From an uncultured virus (IMG/VR IMGVR_UViG_3300020207_002070) (taxonomy: Duplodnaviria; Heunggongvirae; Uroviricota; Caudoviricetes): a stretch of DNA of 64,000 nt. The translations under genes were made by a program, and so were the position numbers. Positions 38,850 to 48,900 of the stretch are shown piece by piece. Location: the IMG/VR virus record IMGVR_UViG_3300020207_002070, one strand, 5' to 3'. A model generated the notes under the pieces. It did not search any database, was not told the DNA's origin, and worked only from the letters and a program-made list of their open reading frames with translations. The stretch's first letter is position 1, and the number at the start of each line of letters is the position of its first letter.

Positions 38850-40632
38850 TTTTTACCTTTACTAACTTTTTCTTTTCTGGCAAATACAAATATTCAATTT
38901 TACTTTTTGCTAGTGTATGGAATGCATCTTCTAAAGTTTCAACTAGAGGATCGCCGCCTAAATTAAAACTTGTATTAAAAATAATCGGACAACCTGTCTT
39001 TTCTTTAAAGGCTTTAATCAAATCATAGTAGTTTGCATTTTGTTCTCTGTTAACAGTTTGAATACGGCAAGTTCCGTCTACGTGAATAATAGCAGGAATC
39101 TTTTCTTCTACTCCGGGCTGACAATTAACAGCATACATCATTGTAGGAGAGTTTTTCATACCTCGCAAGTCAAACCATTCATGCACATCTTCTTCTAGAA
39201 TAGATCCTGCAAATGGGCGGAAATATTCTCTGTTTTTAACACGATTTACAAAATCTTTTCCGTCAGGATCTGTTGGATCATAAAGAATACTTCTATTACC
39301 TAATGCACGTGGGCCGTTTTCACTACGTCCTTGAAATATTGTAACAATATTTTTGTTTGTAATTAAGTCGATAACATCTTCATTAGTAGCATCTGTAACT
39401 TCGGCAGAGTATTTTTTTGCTAGTTGTTGGATATCACCTTCTGTAATTTTATAATCTGGTCCTAGATAAACAGTTTCAGCTTGAGAATCAATCGACATAT
39501 CTTTAGTAAGACTTCTATGTAACCACAATGCTGCACCCATTGCAGTGCCGCCGTCATTTGAAACCGGCTCTACATAAAGATTAATATCATTGTCTATCTC
39601 TTTTAAATAATGATAATTTGCAACACAATTCAACCCATATCCACCGCTTATAACAACATTTTTAATTCCTGTAGATTCAACAGCATGTTTTATTAGTTGA
39701 GTTACCGCTGCTTGAGATTCTACTTGTACTGCATATGCCATATCTCTTCTATTTTGGCATAGTGTTGCATCTTCTTCACCTTTGTCAATCAAATAACTAT
39801 ATAAATTTTCGTTTAGAATAGAACCGTTTGGATATCTCGGAACAAATAAACTTCTATTACTTACTGGAATAGGCAAATCAGTATATGGATCAAATACCGG
39901 AGGAATTAAATCATTAGGTTTACCATATGGAAATAATCCCATAGTTTTTCCAGCTTCAATGGCATCCCAGCCACAGTATTCTGTTACACCCTCATAACAC
40001 TTAACAATGCCTGCTCTATCAGATAACGAAGTTGAAAATTTACCTATTTCTTTACCAAAAATATCTTGATCAGGTGCTGTAAGTTCTGCTGTTGGCAGAT
40101 AGTCTCTACAACCCATAGTTTTAAAAAGAGTTTGTATATTGTCTGGATATGTACATTTATATAATGTTTCAGTTTCCCACATATGTTTTATAGATCCGTC
40201 AACTTCTAAATCAAAACAAGTCCCAGCACCGTCAACAATAACTGCTACTGCTTCTTCAAAGCCACTTCTATAAAATGCTAAACTGGCATGCATTTTATGA
40301 TGTAGTTTAGATACATCGATTACTTGTGGATGCGGATCCCAAGGCGGAGAATACTCTATTAGACCTACTTTTCTAGCAAGACCTGTGTAAATATCCTCAG
40401 CAGTATAATCAACTCTACCAGCTGTTTCTGCAAGAGTTTGTGTATGCGATATTACCATGTAATCAAGTTTGTCTGTATACTCTAAAATTTTTAGAATTGA
40501 CGCTAACGGTCCTCCATCGTACTTTTTACGAGTAAGTCTTTCTTCTTCAATAGAAAAAACTATTTCTCCATCTTTTAATAAGCATACTCCAGCATTGTGT
40601 CCTCTAGCAAGTCCTGCTATCCACATACTCAT
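38839..40632 (-). CDS. Carbamoyltransferase, NodU/CmcH/TobZ family
   Basis: GHN, EEERLTRKK, HHKMHA, VDGAG, GKTMGLFPYG, GGYGLNCVAN, GPRALGNRS, FRPFA, HVDGTCRIQTV, NTSFN. Confidence 0.95.
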   Translation of the reverse strand: MSMWIAGLARGHNAGVCLLKDGEIVFSIEEERLTRKKYDGGPLASILKILEYTDKLDYMVISHTQTLAETAGRVDYTAEDIYTGLARKVGLIEYSPPWDPHPQVIDVSKLHHKMHASLAFYRSGFEEAVAVIVDGAGTCFDLEVDGSIKHMWETETLYKCTYPDNIQTLFKTMGCRDYLPTAELTAPDQDIFGKEIGKFSTSLSDRAGIVKCYEGVTEYCGWDAIEAGKTMGLFPYGKPNDLIPPVFDPYTDLPIPVSNRSLFVPRYPNGSILNENLYSYLIDKGEEDATLCQNRRDMAYAVQVESQAAVTQLIKHAVESTGIKNVVISGGYGLNCVANYHYLKEIDNDINLYVEPVSNDGGTAMGAALWLHRSLTKDMSIDSQAETVYLGPDYKITEGDIQQLAKKYSAEVTDATNEDVIDLITNKNIVTIFQGRSENGPRALGNRSILYDPTDPDGKDFVNRVKNREYFRPFAGSILEEDVHEWFDLRGMKNSPTMMYAVNCQPGVEEKIPAIIHVDGTCRIQTVNREQNANYYDLIKAFKEKTGCPIIFNTSFNLGGDPLVETLEDAFHTLAKSKIEYLYLPEKKKLVKVKNES

Positions 40633-41609
40633 ACATTTTCTCCGAAATTTTCTTTTGGTTGTTTAGGTGCAGTCTTAATAGACTTACCTACAGTTTGTTT
40701 AATTGATTTTACGATATCATTAATATGTTCTTTGCTCATATTCATTGCTTTATCGTTTAATCTATCTGGTTCTTCTTCAGTACTTACACGTATAGGACTA
40801 TAAACTCTTCTACCGTCTCCTATATCAAACACTGTTATATCTTTGTCATTTAGATAAGTTGTGTTGATAGGAAAAGTACTTCCTGTAATTACAGTTGCTT
40901 GTTTTCCTAAAGATTTTGCAATATGTTGTCCTACACTGTCACAACCTAAGAAATGATCAGCTGCTTCTATTACACCTGCCCATATTCTAATATCCGGTAT
41001 TTGAGGTTGTGCAAGCGGAGTGTTATCGCCGTCTTCATTATAAAATGGTAAGGGAAGTTCACTCATAATAATAACACCATAATCTTGTTTCAGTTGATTA
41101 GCAATATCAAGCATATCTTCTGCTCTAAAACTTCTAGATGTTTGGTCTATTAAACTTTCTTCAACACCTCGGCCAAATGGTTGTATTACAATAACTTTAT
41201 TAAATCCAGTAACATCTTTTACTTCTTGTACTACTGATTTTCCATTATGCTGTTCTGATTTATTAAGATATATGTTAGGTATAGGTACTTCTCTTATGCC
41301 TTGTTTATTAATTTCAATATCAAATGCTTGTGCAAGACTACATTTTTGATTATAATATTCCCATATACGATATGGTTCTGGACTTACACAATTTCTATCT
41401 TTGATATATTGTTCAAATAATCCTTTATGCCATACATCGTATGCACGTCTATGAAGTGTAGGATGTCCTTTATAAAAGTCAGTTCCGCCTTCGCAAACAA
41501 TAATAAAATCGTCATTTGGATTTTCTTTTTCATATAGTTCAAGTGCTGGAATTGAGGTTATAACACGACCGGCACCGCCGTTAATAAAGAATGCTGTAGA
41601 TCTAGTCAT
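40629..41609 (-). CDS. GT9-like (heptosyltransferase-type) glycosyltransferase
   Basis: N-terminal GGAGRVITSIPAL; C-terminal ADHFLGCDSVGQHIAKSLGKQATVITG matches the GT9 pattern DSxxxH.A.ALG. Confidence 0.7.
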   Translation of the reverse strand: MTRSTAFFINGGAGRVITSIPALELYEKENPNDDFIIVCEGGTDFYKGHPTLHRRAYDVWHKGLFEQYIKDRNCVSPEPYRIWEYYNQKCSLAQAFDIEINKQGIREVPIPNIYLNKSEQHNGKSVVQEVKDVTGFNKVIVIQPFGRGVEESLIDQTSRSFRAEDMLDIANQLKQDYGVIIMSELPLPFYNEDGDNTPLAQPQIPDIRIWAGVIEAADHFLGCDSVGQHIAKSLGKQATVITGSTFPINTTYLNDKDITVFDIGDGRRVYSPIRVSTEEEPDRLNDKAMNMSKEHINDIVKSIKQTVGKSIKTAPKQPKENFGENV

Positions 41610-41635
41610 TAAGATACCTTTTTGTAATTACAAAA

Positions 41636-41643
41636 TATTTATA
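41636..41643 (-). promoter_or_regulatory. Canonical T4 late promoter for the GT9/carbamoyltransferase/oxygenase operon
   Basis: TATAAATA on -, 26 nt upstream of the GT9 start and downstream of a terminator. Confidence 0.7.
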
Positions 41644-41679
41644 GTACACTTGATCCTATAATTACAAAAATGGTTTCAT

Positions 41680-41710
41680 AAAAAAAGGCTGTACAAATAT
41701 ACAGCCTTTT
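41680..41710 (-). terminator. Intrinsic terminator ending the tail-fibre transcript
   Basis: AAAAGGCTGTA-N6-TACAGCCTTTTTTT on the - strand. Confidence 0.8.
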
Positions 41711-41728
41711 AAGTTTTATATGTAACAG

Positions 41729-42568
41729 TTATTCACCGTATGGGTTATTAGAATCATAGCCTTCAACGCCATACTCTTCATTTAGTTCATCACACTCTGG
41801 CCAACAAGAATCAACAAAGATTAAATCAATTCCTGCATCTTGCATTACTTGCGGAAAGTCTCTAAGACGTTGCTTGTATGTTTCGATGCCTGCGGCTCTG
41901 TCTGCATCTACGCTTGAAAAAACCATTGCCGGTGCATCTGCTTCGGCAAGTCTTTGGTTTCTCTCAACTTTTATCATAGGCCATGTCTGAGGTAGTCCCA
42001 TTACATCTACGTTTGAATTTTTATATAGGTCTAACGAATTAGTTTCAAAGTTCCATATAGATTTTTTATCATCGTATAACTCGTCTGGATGAATTGGATA
42101 TTCGTATGAAAAATGTCCATACCCTTCAATCGGAGTTGCAGGGATTGTTTTTTCACCAGGAGTTTCCTCCCAATCTTCTAAATCTTTATAATTATCATGA
42201 TAATCTGATAAAACTTCAGCACCCAATGGATCTACAGTAGCATCGAGTTTAATAAGTTCTACTTCTTCTGGAATTTGACTAAAATCTTGTGTGATTTCTC
42301 TTGCTTCAAATTCTCTCCATACAGACTCAAATGATCCTACAGGATTTGCTCCTTCCGTATCCTTCCAAGCATAAAAATAAAGATACTTAGGTCCTTTATA
42401 TGTCATACTAATTGTTTCTGTTGTTTCACCGTCTAGATAATTATCATTAGGACAATCATATGTATAATTTACCTCAACCCACTCAGTACCGTGTTCATCA
42501 GTATCTGTTATAGTACGATAATCAACTACTTCGCTTTCTAATTCATCATTTAAATTGTCATCAGCCAT
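41729..42568 (-). CDS. Tail fibre assembly chaperone-like protein
   Basis: C-terminal WPMIKVERNQRLAEAD...YKQRLRDFP...WP; follows the fibre genes; very acidic. Confidence 0.65.
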   Translation of the reverse strand: MADDNLNDELESEVVDYRTITDTDEHGTEWVEVNYTYDCPNDNYLDGETTETISMTYKGPKYLYFYAWKDTEGANPVGSFESVWREFEAREITQDFSQIPEEVELIKLDATVDPLGAEVLSDYHDNYKDLEDWEETPGEKTIPATPIEGYGHFSYEYPIHPDELYDDKKSIWNFETNSLDLYKNSNVDVMGLPQTWPMIKVERNQRLAEADAPAMVFSSVDADRAAGIETYKQRLRDFPQVMQDAGIDLIFVDSCWPECDELNEEYGVEGYDSNNPYGE

Positions 42569-42571
42569 TAA

Positions 42572-43435
42572 TTATCTCCAAGTAATTCTTACTAGTCCAG
42601 GATTTCCAGGTGTACCTCTACAGTTTCCTAAATCCTGTCCACACGTTGCTTTAATTAGATTTGACCCTGCCTTGGCAATTTGTCTAAATCCTTTACAACA
42701 ATTTGTACAACCGCAGTACTTAGTACCTGTCTGCATAGCATATTCGTGTCTATTTTTAATACCCCATGATTCTGATGTAGCACTTGCTCGTGAACCACAG
42801 TTCATGTTTGATCTGTATCTGTTAAAATAAGATTCGTTACCTAAGTCAACAAAATCCCATTTACAACCAATACATAGTCCTAAGTTACACATGCCTTCAC
42901 TTCTGTTACCTTGGTTGATACAGAAGCATACACAATATAGATTGTATCCGCCTCTTCCGCCCGGTACACATCCGCAACATATACCCGATCCGCTAAACCA
43001 ACTACCACATCCTCTTGGTGCATCACAACAAGCCGTAAAACACCCACAACCGTTATTGGTTGTACCATTGCCGCCTGCTCCTACACAGTAGTTGTAACTA
43101 CATCCTGGTACAAACTGTCCATCAATTCTTCTAATAGTCTTCCGACCATAATATCCAGCATAAGCGCCACAACTTGCAATGTCGCAGAAACAGTTTCTAC
43201 AACATTGGCCTGCTCCCGAGCCGCCGCCACTCCATACTTCAAATGTTATCTCTGATGCACACGTTGGTGCCGACCAACTTCCGCAACGTCCGCAGTGCGC
43301 TCGACATCCGTGCGGACCGTTACACACTGAGCATGTATTAAAACATTGAAACATGCCCCCAGAGGTAACACCTTGTGTTCTTTGGCACGTTCCGTCTGGA
43401 AATCTAATACCATCTGCGTATAAACAAGTTGCCAT
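42572..43435 (-). CDS. Cys/Gly-rich fibre-tip or adhesin-like protein
   Basis: 37 Cys in 287 aa; EVWSGGGSG...VGAGG...GNPGLVRITW glycine-rich adhesin skeleton; N-terminal GIRFPDGT. Confidence 0.6.
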   Translation of the reverse strand: MATCLYADGIRFPDGTCQRTQGVTSGGMFQCFNTCSVCNGPHGCRAHCGRCGSWSAPTCASEITFEVWSGGGSGAGQCCRNCFCDIASCGAYAGYYGRKTIRRIDGQFVPGCSYNYCVGAGGNGTTNNGCGCFTACCDAPRGCGSWFSGSGICCGCVPGGRGGYNLYCVCFCINQGNRSEGMCNLGLCIGCKWDFVDLGNESYFNRYRSNMNCGSRASATSESWGIKNRHEYAMQTGTKYCGCTNCCKGFRQIAKAGSNLIKATCGQDLGNCRGTPGNPGLVRITWR

Positions 43436-45640
43436 TTATTCCTCTCCTTTTAAACTATTTATTTCTGCTTTTAGTTCTTTGATTGCTTCAACTAATAATG
43501 GTACAAGTCTTTCGTATTGCAATGTTATGTAGTCATTGCCTGAAATACTTTCACCTTCTTCTCCTCTATCAAATGGAGCATCGTGAATCACTTGAGGAAG
43601 AACTTTTTGAACCTCTTGCGCTATTAAACCTACTTCTTCGACTTCAGCACTAAATCCAGCTTCAATGGCTGTTTCATTCCAGTTATATGTTATACCGTTT
43701 AGTGACATAACTTTATCTAATGCACTGTCAATGTTTTTAATATTTGTTTTAAGTCTTGCATCTGAAGTATTTGAAATAATATTTTCAGTAGCAGTAATAC
43801 GTCCTGCAACGTTTGGATCTGCTGTGTTAACACCAATACAACGTACACTTGTAAGATTTTTGCTTGAGTCAAACAAATCATTGCCTGCCATTTTAATAGC
43901 ACCAACGTTTACGTTAATACCTGTATCGTCTAAAATTTGGAACCAAATTTTATTTGAATCTTCTGGTTCTTTAAAGTCTAATCCTTCAGGTGTTGCAAGT
44001 ATTTCACAGTCAACGCCTGAGTCACTTGAACCATTAAATGTAATACCTGGATTAGTAGTACCGTATAAGTTTATTTTACCGCCGTTATTATTAATAGTAC
44101 CGTTAATAGTATGTGAGTCACTTGTTGCATTACCTAGTGTGCCGTTACCGTTATAACTAAAGTTACCACTTGCACTTAGACTTGTAAATGCACCTGAACT
44201 AGCACTACTTGCACCGATTGACATATTGTTAATTGTACCACTACCCGGGTTAAGTGTTAGTGACCCTGCTGGTGATATAGTAACTGTACCTGTACCACTT
44301 GGTGACATAGTTACGTTAGCATTATTTGGTGAAAATGTAACTGTTGAGTTAGCATCGAGTGTTGTAAACTGTCCAGTACTTCTTGATACGTTACCAATTG
44401 CGCCTACAAAGCCGCCTCCTGAATAAACACGTTTAGCAATACTTGCACCACCTTCACAACGTAACTGTCCTGTGTCACCTGTTGCATTTGTTGCTTCACC
44501 TGTGCCTGTAATATCTACTACACCACTTGCTGTTACACTTGTAAAAGTACCTGTATTGCTACTTACGTTACCAATTGGACCTTGGAAACTACCTGAATAA
44601 AGTGCTCCGCTTACACCTAATCCGCCTGTTATAACTACTGTACCTGTTGTAGTATTAGTTGATGCTGTATTTGCTGTAAATGTTGTTGCACCGCTTGATG
44701 TTAGTGTAGTAAATGCACCTGTATTAGCTGTACCGCTGCCAACTGGCCCATTGATTCCGCCTGCGTAGATTGATCCACCTACGCCTACACCACCTGTTAC
44801 AACTACTGCACCGCTTCCTGTTCCTGAACTTGCTGTTGCAGAGCTAAGTGTTACATTACCACTTGCGTTAAGTGTTGTAAATCTACCAGTTCCTGGTGTT
44901 GTAGCACCAATATTCATGCCATCTATTGTACCTGCACTGTCAGAACTAATTGTTACTGTAGTACCTGATCCTATTACTACTGGACCATCTGGATCTATAG
45001 TAACTGCTGAACCTGCATCTGTTGGAGAAATTGTAACAGTTTGTCCTGACGTTGTAAATTCAATGTTACCTGGAAAACTTGTAGTTTCTCCTGCATCACC
45101 GATTGATACTGTACCCGTACTAGAACTTAAATTTAAGTTTCCTGCAGGACGAATAGTTGCTTGTCCGCCTGGCTGTATTGAGACGGAGGATTGCGGACTA
45201 ATGTCAACTGTTCCTGTTCCTGTTGGTTTAATTTGTATGTTTTCATCTGCAGGATTAAGTTCTACTGGACCATCTGCATTTAGTACATCATTAAATGTAA
45301 CTGGTAATTCAAATACTGTAGTACCTGCTAACGCACTTGTTAGAACGTAATTAGTACCGTCTGATGTTAAAGTATAAGTTGAGTTTGTTGGAATATCAAT
45401 CTCAGTACCTAGTGTAACACCGTTACCAGTAATTTGTCCTGCTGCTGTACTAAGAGTAATCATATCAGCAGTAGCATTATAAAATGTTTGTTTGCTACCA
45501 GGGAAAAATACAGGACTTACCATTTCAACTGTATATCCCGGAGTTCCGGTTAAACTGATAATTCCACCTGTAAACGCATAGGTAAATTCTGTTGCTCCGG
45601 TTACTTCTAGCGTTTGTGGTGCTGTATTATAACGTGCCAT
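43436..45640 (-). CDS. Tail fibre with C-terminal intramolecular chaperone (peptidase S74)
   Basis: Gly/Thr/Ser-rich repeats (GxFTxL, GGxGVxG); SDARLKTNI...GLIAQEV...LVEAIKEL. Confidence 0.85.
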   Translation of the reverse strand: MARYNTAPQTLEVTGATEFTYAFTGGIISLTGTPGYTVEMVSPVFFPGSKQTFYNATADMITLSTAAGQITGNGVTLGTEIDIPTNSTYTLTSDGTNYVLTSALAGTTVFELPVTFNDVLNADGPVELNPADENIQIKPTGTGTVDISPQSSVSIQPGGQATIRPAGNLNLSSSTGTVSIGDAGETTSFPGNIEFTTSGQTVTISPTDAGSAVTIDPDGPVVIGSGTTVTISSDSAGTIDGMNIGATTPGTGRFTTLNASGNVTLSSATASSGTGSGAVVVTGGVGVGGSIYAGGINGPVGSGTANTGAFTTLTSSGATTFTANTASTNTTTGTVVITGGLGVSGALYSGSFQGPIGNVSSNTGTFTSVTASGVVDITGTGEATNATGDTGQLRCEGGASIAKRVYSGGGFVGAIGNVSRSTGQFTTLDANSTVTFSPNNANVTMSPSGTGTVTISPAGSLTLNPGSGTINNMSIGASSASSGAFTSLSASGNFSYNGNGTLGNATSDSHTINGTINNNGGKINLYGTTNPGITFNGSSDSGVDCEILATPEGLDFKEPEDSNKIWFQILDDTGINVNVGAIKMAGNDLFDSSKNLTSVRCIGVNTADPNVAGRITATENIISNTSDARLKTNIKNIDSALDKVMSLNGITYNWNETAIEAGFSAEVEEVGLIAQEVQKVLPQVIHDAPFDRGEEGESISGNDYITLQYERLVPLLVEAIKELKAEINSLKGEE

Positions 45641-45655
45641 TCTTTATTCCCCTAA

Positions 45656-45976
45656 TTACGTTGTAGATGTTTCAATGCCGTACACAGTAACTCCAACATT
45701 TGATGCATCTGTGTTTACTACTATATTTAGTCCACCTTGCATAACTAAGCCTGTGCGTTCAAACACACCGTTTGGAATAATAATTGTATTCCATTCGATC
45801 CATTCTTCATCATTTGGCACGCCTGTAGTTGCCATTGCTAATTTCATTGAAATAGCGTTTTGGTTTCTATTAGTAATTGAAACGTTTGCTACTGCATATG
45901 TACCGACCGGAACAGTATATACAGTGGTGTCTGTATTTAATGTTAAGTCTTGTACTCCTAGTCTTCCTGTTGCCAT
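45656..45976 (-). CDS. Small beta-rich virion protein
   Basis: MATGRLG...VYTVP...VYGIE; SD GGAG; inside the structural operon. Confidence 0.6.
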   Translation of the reverse strand: MATGRLGVQDLTLNTDTTVYTVPVGTYAVANVSITNRNQNAISMKLAMATTGVPNDEEWIEWNTIIIPNGVFERTGLVMQGGLNIVVNTDASNVGVTVYGIETSTT

Positions 45977-45992
45977 TTTTAATTCTCCGTCC

Positions 45993-48900
45993 TTATCTGC
46001 TTAAGAAGTATCCAAGTGCTACTGGAGCTCCATCAATACCACCTGTAAAATTCATTTTTGCTTTAATATTTAGCTGTCCGCCACTTGTAGTTGTTATTTC
46101 ATCATTTGCAATGAATACAACACCTGCTGTAAGTGTGTTAACGTTCAAGCTACTCTGACCGCCACCAATCTGTGCTGTAATGTAGCTCTTAATTGCACGT
46201 TGCGTTGGAACAATACTATCACTATTTTCAGTAAAGAATGGATCTGTACTGAACTGTGTAATAATTGCTGATCCAATACCAACAGCAATACCACCAAGTT
46301 GCAATGACTGCAAGCCTGCTAAGTTAAACGCATCAGCATCCAACGTCGCAGTACCTGTTGACTGTTGAACTCCAAACAGTCCGCCAACGTTAAAGTTACC
46401 ATCTTGGTCAGTACTTGTAAAGAACACTCGACCACCGCCACTACTTAATTGTTGTCTATTAATATCTGCTGTAGTAATATCAACAAATGGATAGTTCGTT
46501 TTAGCTTGGTTTCCTGTACCAATATACAAGAAGTCATGTCCAGTTAGTCGTACTTGTGAGTATTTGTTAGTTGTAACAACTCTTGTACCATCTTTTGGTG
46601 CATTTAATGTTACTAGTCCTGGACTAATTTGGAAAGTTGCTGTATAACTTCCAGGTTGTCCTATAACATTACTAATTGTAACTAGTTTGTAATATGATCC
46701 AGGAATATTATCAAACTCAACATTTGATCCAGGTTCTGGTAATTCAAACAAGCCTCTTAGTGCAATAAATGTGCTTGGTTGATACAAGTCTGCGTTACCG
46801 TCGCCGCCTAGCTCTGCTGTTGCTGTTGTATAACCTGCACCTCTATTAGTAAATGTTGGGTTAGCTAACGCACCATTTCTAATTCTCGAATTAACAGCTA
46901 CATCGATAGTTGCGTTCGGATCGCCAATTGTTGCTTTTGGACTTCCTGCAAATGTTGCTGTACCTATAGCAGTTGGTGCTACAGTTTCAATATCAAAACT
47001 TGCTCCTCCATCAAGTAAGCTAATTTCTATATCTGTTCCAGCTATTGCCGAAATGTAGTACTTGACTTCGGAATCAATACCAATTGCTGCTAAACCGTCT
47101 CCGTCAAAGTTGATAGGTTGTCCTACAAACAAGTTAGACACTGTGTTTAGTTCAATTGTGTTTGGTGCAGTTGTACTTACAATAGAACCTTGTGTAAATC
47201 CTGAACCCGGTTCTCTTAATGTAAATGCTACAATAGAATCTGTATCTACATAAGTTCTACCATTTGGTCTAGCACCAGTTTCAATCCACTTTGCACCATT
47301 GCTGCCGCTACTAGTAACAGCAGCCCAGATTGGAACATTACTTGGATTACCAAATGCTACCGCTGCAAACCCAGCAGTATCACCTGTAGTTCTATCTGTC
47401 CAAATAACACCGTCTTGTGAAGTTGCAAAAGTACCTCCAATTGGTCCTGATGCTAAAAATAGTCCTTGACCATATTGTACATCACTCCATCCTGATGAAC
47501 TAATATTAGCAAGTGATGTTGATCCTGCTGACCAGTTTTGACCAAAGTCATAACTTATAGCCTGTTCACCTGCTGAACCAATTGCAACAAAACGTCCATT
47601 ACCGTATGCAACCTTCATCCAATTAGTTGAAGAACCAGGTAATGCGCCACCTACAGTCCAAGTAATACCGTTTGAGCTATAAGACGTATATCCGTTATCG
47701 TTAATAGCAACAAATGTTGTACCACCATATGCTACACTTACAAAAGTACCTGCAGGTGGTGTAGTATTATCACGTGATACCCAGTTTTCGCCGTCTGTTG
47801 ATGTTCCTGCTGATCCTGATCCGCCTGTACCACCAACTACAACCCATACACCGTTACCAAATGCAATATCATTAAAGTTTGAATTTGGTAGTGCTGAACC
47901 TGCTGCCCAAACAGCGCCAGGAGCATCTGTTTGTGTTAAGTATGCATTATTAGTTGATCCAGGAGCAATAGCAACCCATCTAGCATCTTCATCAGTAATT
48001 GTTACTGTTGGTTGTGAAGTATAACCGGAACCTCTAAGTAAAATACCATCATTATCTTCGTCAATAGTAATAGTTGCTACACCTCTGTTATCAAGTGTTG
48101 CAGTTACTTCAGCTTGTACTGAAGCTCCTCCGCCTGTGATAGTTACAGTTGGAGCAGTTAAGTAGTTATTACCTTTTGTGTCAACAATAATTTCAGTAAC
48201 CTTGTCTGTTTCAGCAGTTACTGTCGGTGCTTGTGAATAACCTGCACCAGTACTTGTAATGATAATCTCTTGGATAATACCGTCTTTAACTGTTGCAACA
48301 GCACTTGCGCCGCCGCCACCTGCTGTTGGCGTAAACACAATAGTCGGAGCAGTTACAAAACCAGTGCCGCCATTAATTACATTTACTCTTGCAATCTGTG
48401 TCGGACCTGGTAAACCAATACTATTAATTTCACCTAGCTCTGCTTCAAGTATTGCACCTGAACCACCTAGTCCGCCGATAACTGCTGTTGCTGTTGCTCC
48501 TGTGCCGCCGCCAAATGCGCTTGCACTCCAGTTACCTGTTGCTGGTAATACACCAGCTTGTACCCAAGTTTTACCATCTAATGAGTAATCAGTTTGTGTA
48601 CCATTATTTGGTAATGCTATATATCTACCCATTGCAAAATCAACTCTATCAAAACCAATAGCGTCTGCTGTAGTAGTATTATTTGCAGTAAATCCTGGCT
48701 CTGTATAATGTACTGACGGTTCAATAGTATAACCAGTTGTTAAGTCTAGTCCTGCTACTGCTGCTTTACCTGGAATAACATTATCCCAACCAGCTGTATA
48801 CATTGCAACACTTTGACCTGTTGTAGTTATTAGTGTTGCTGCTGCTCCTCCAACGGAATCACTTAGCTGAATAGTGCCGTCTAAGTTATTTGTAATAACG

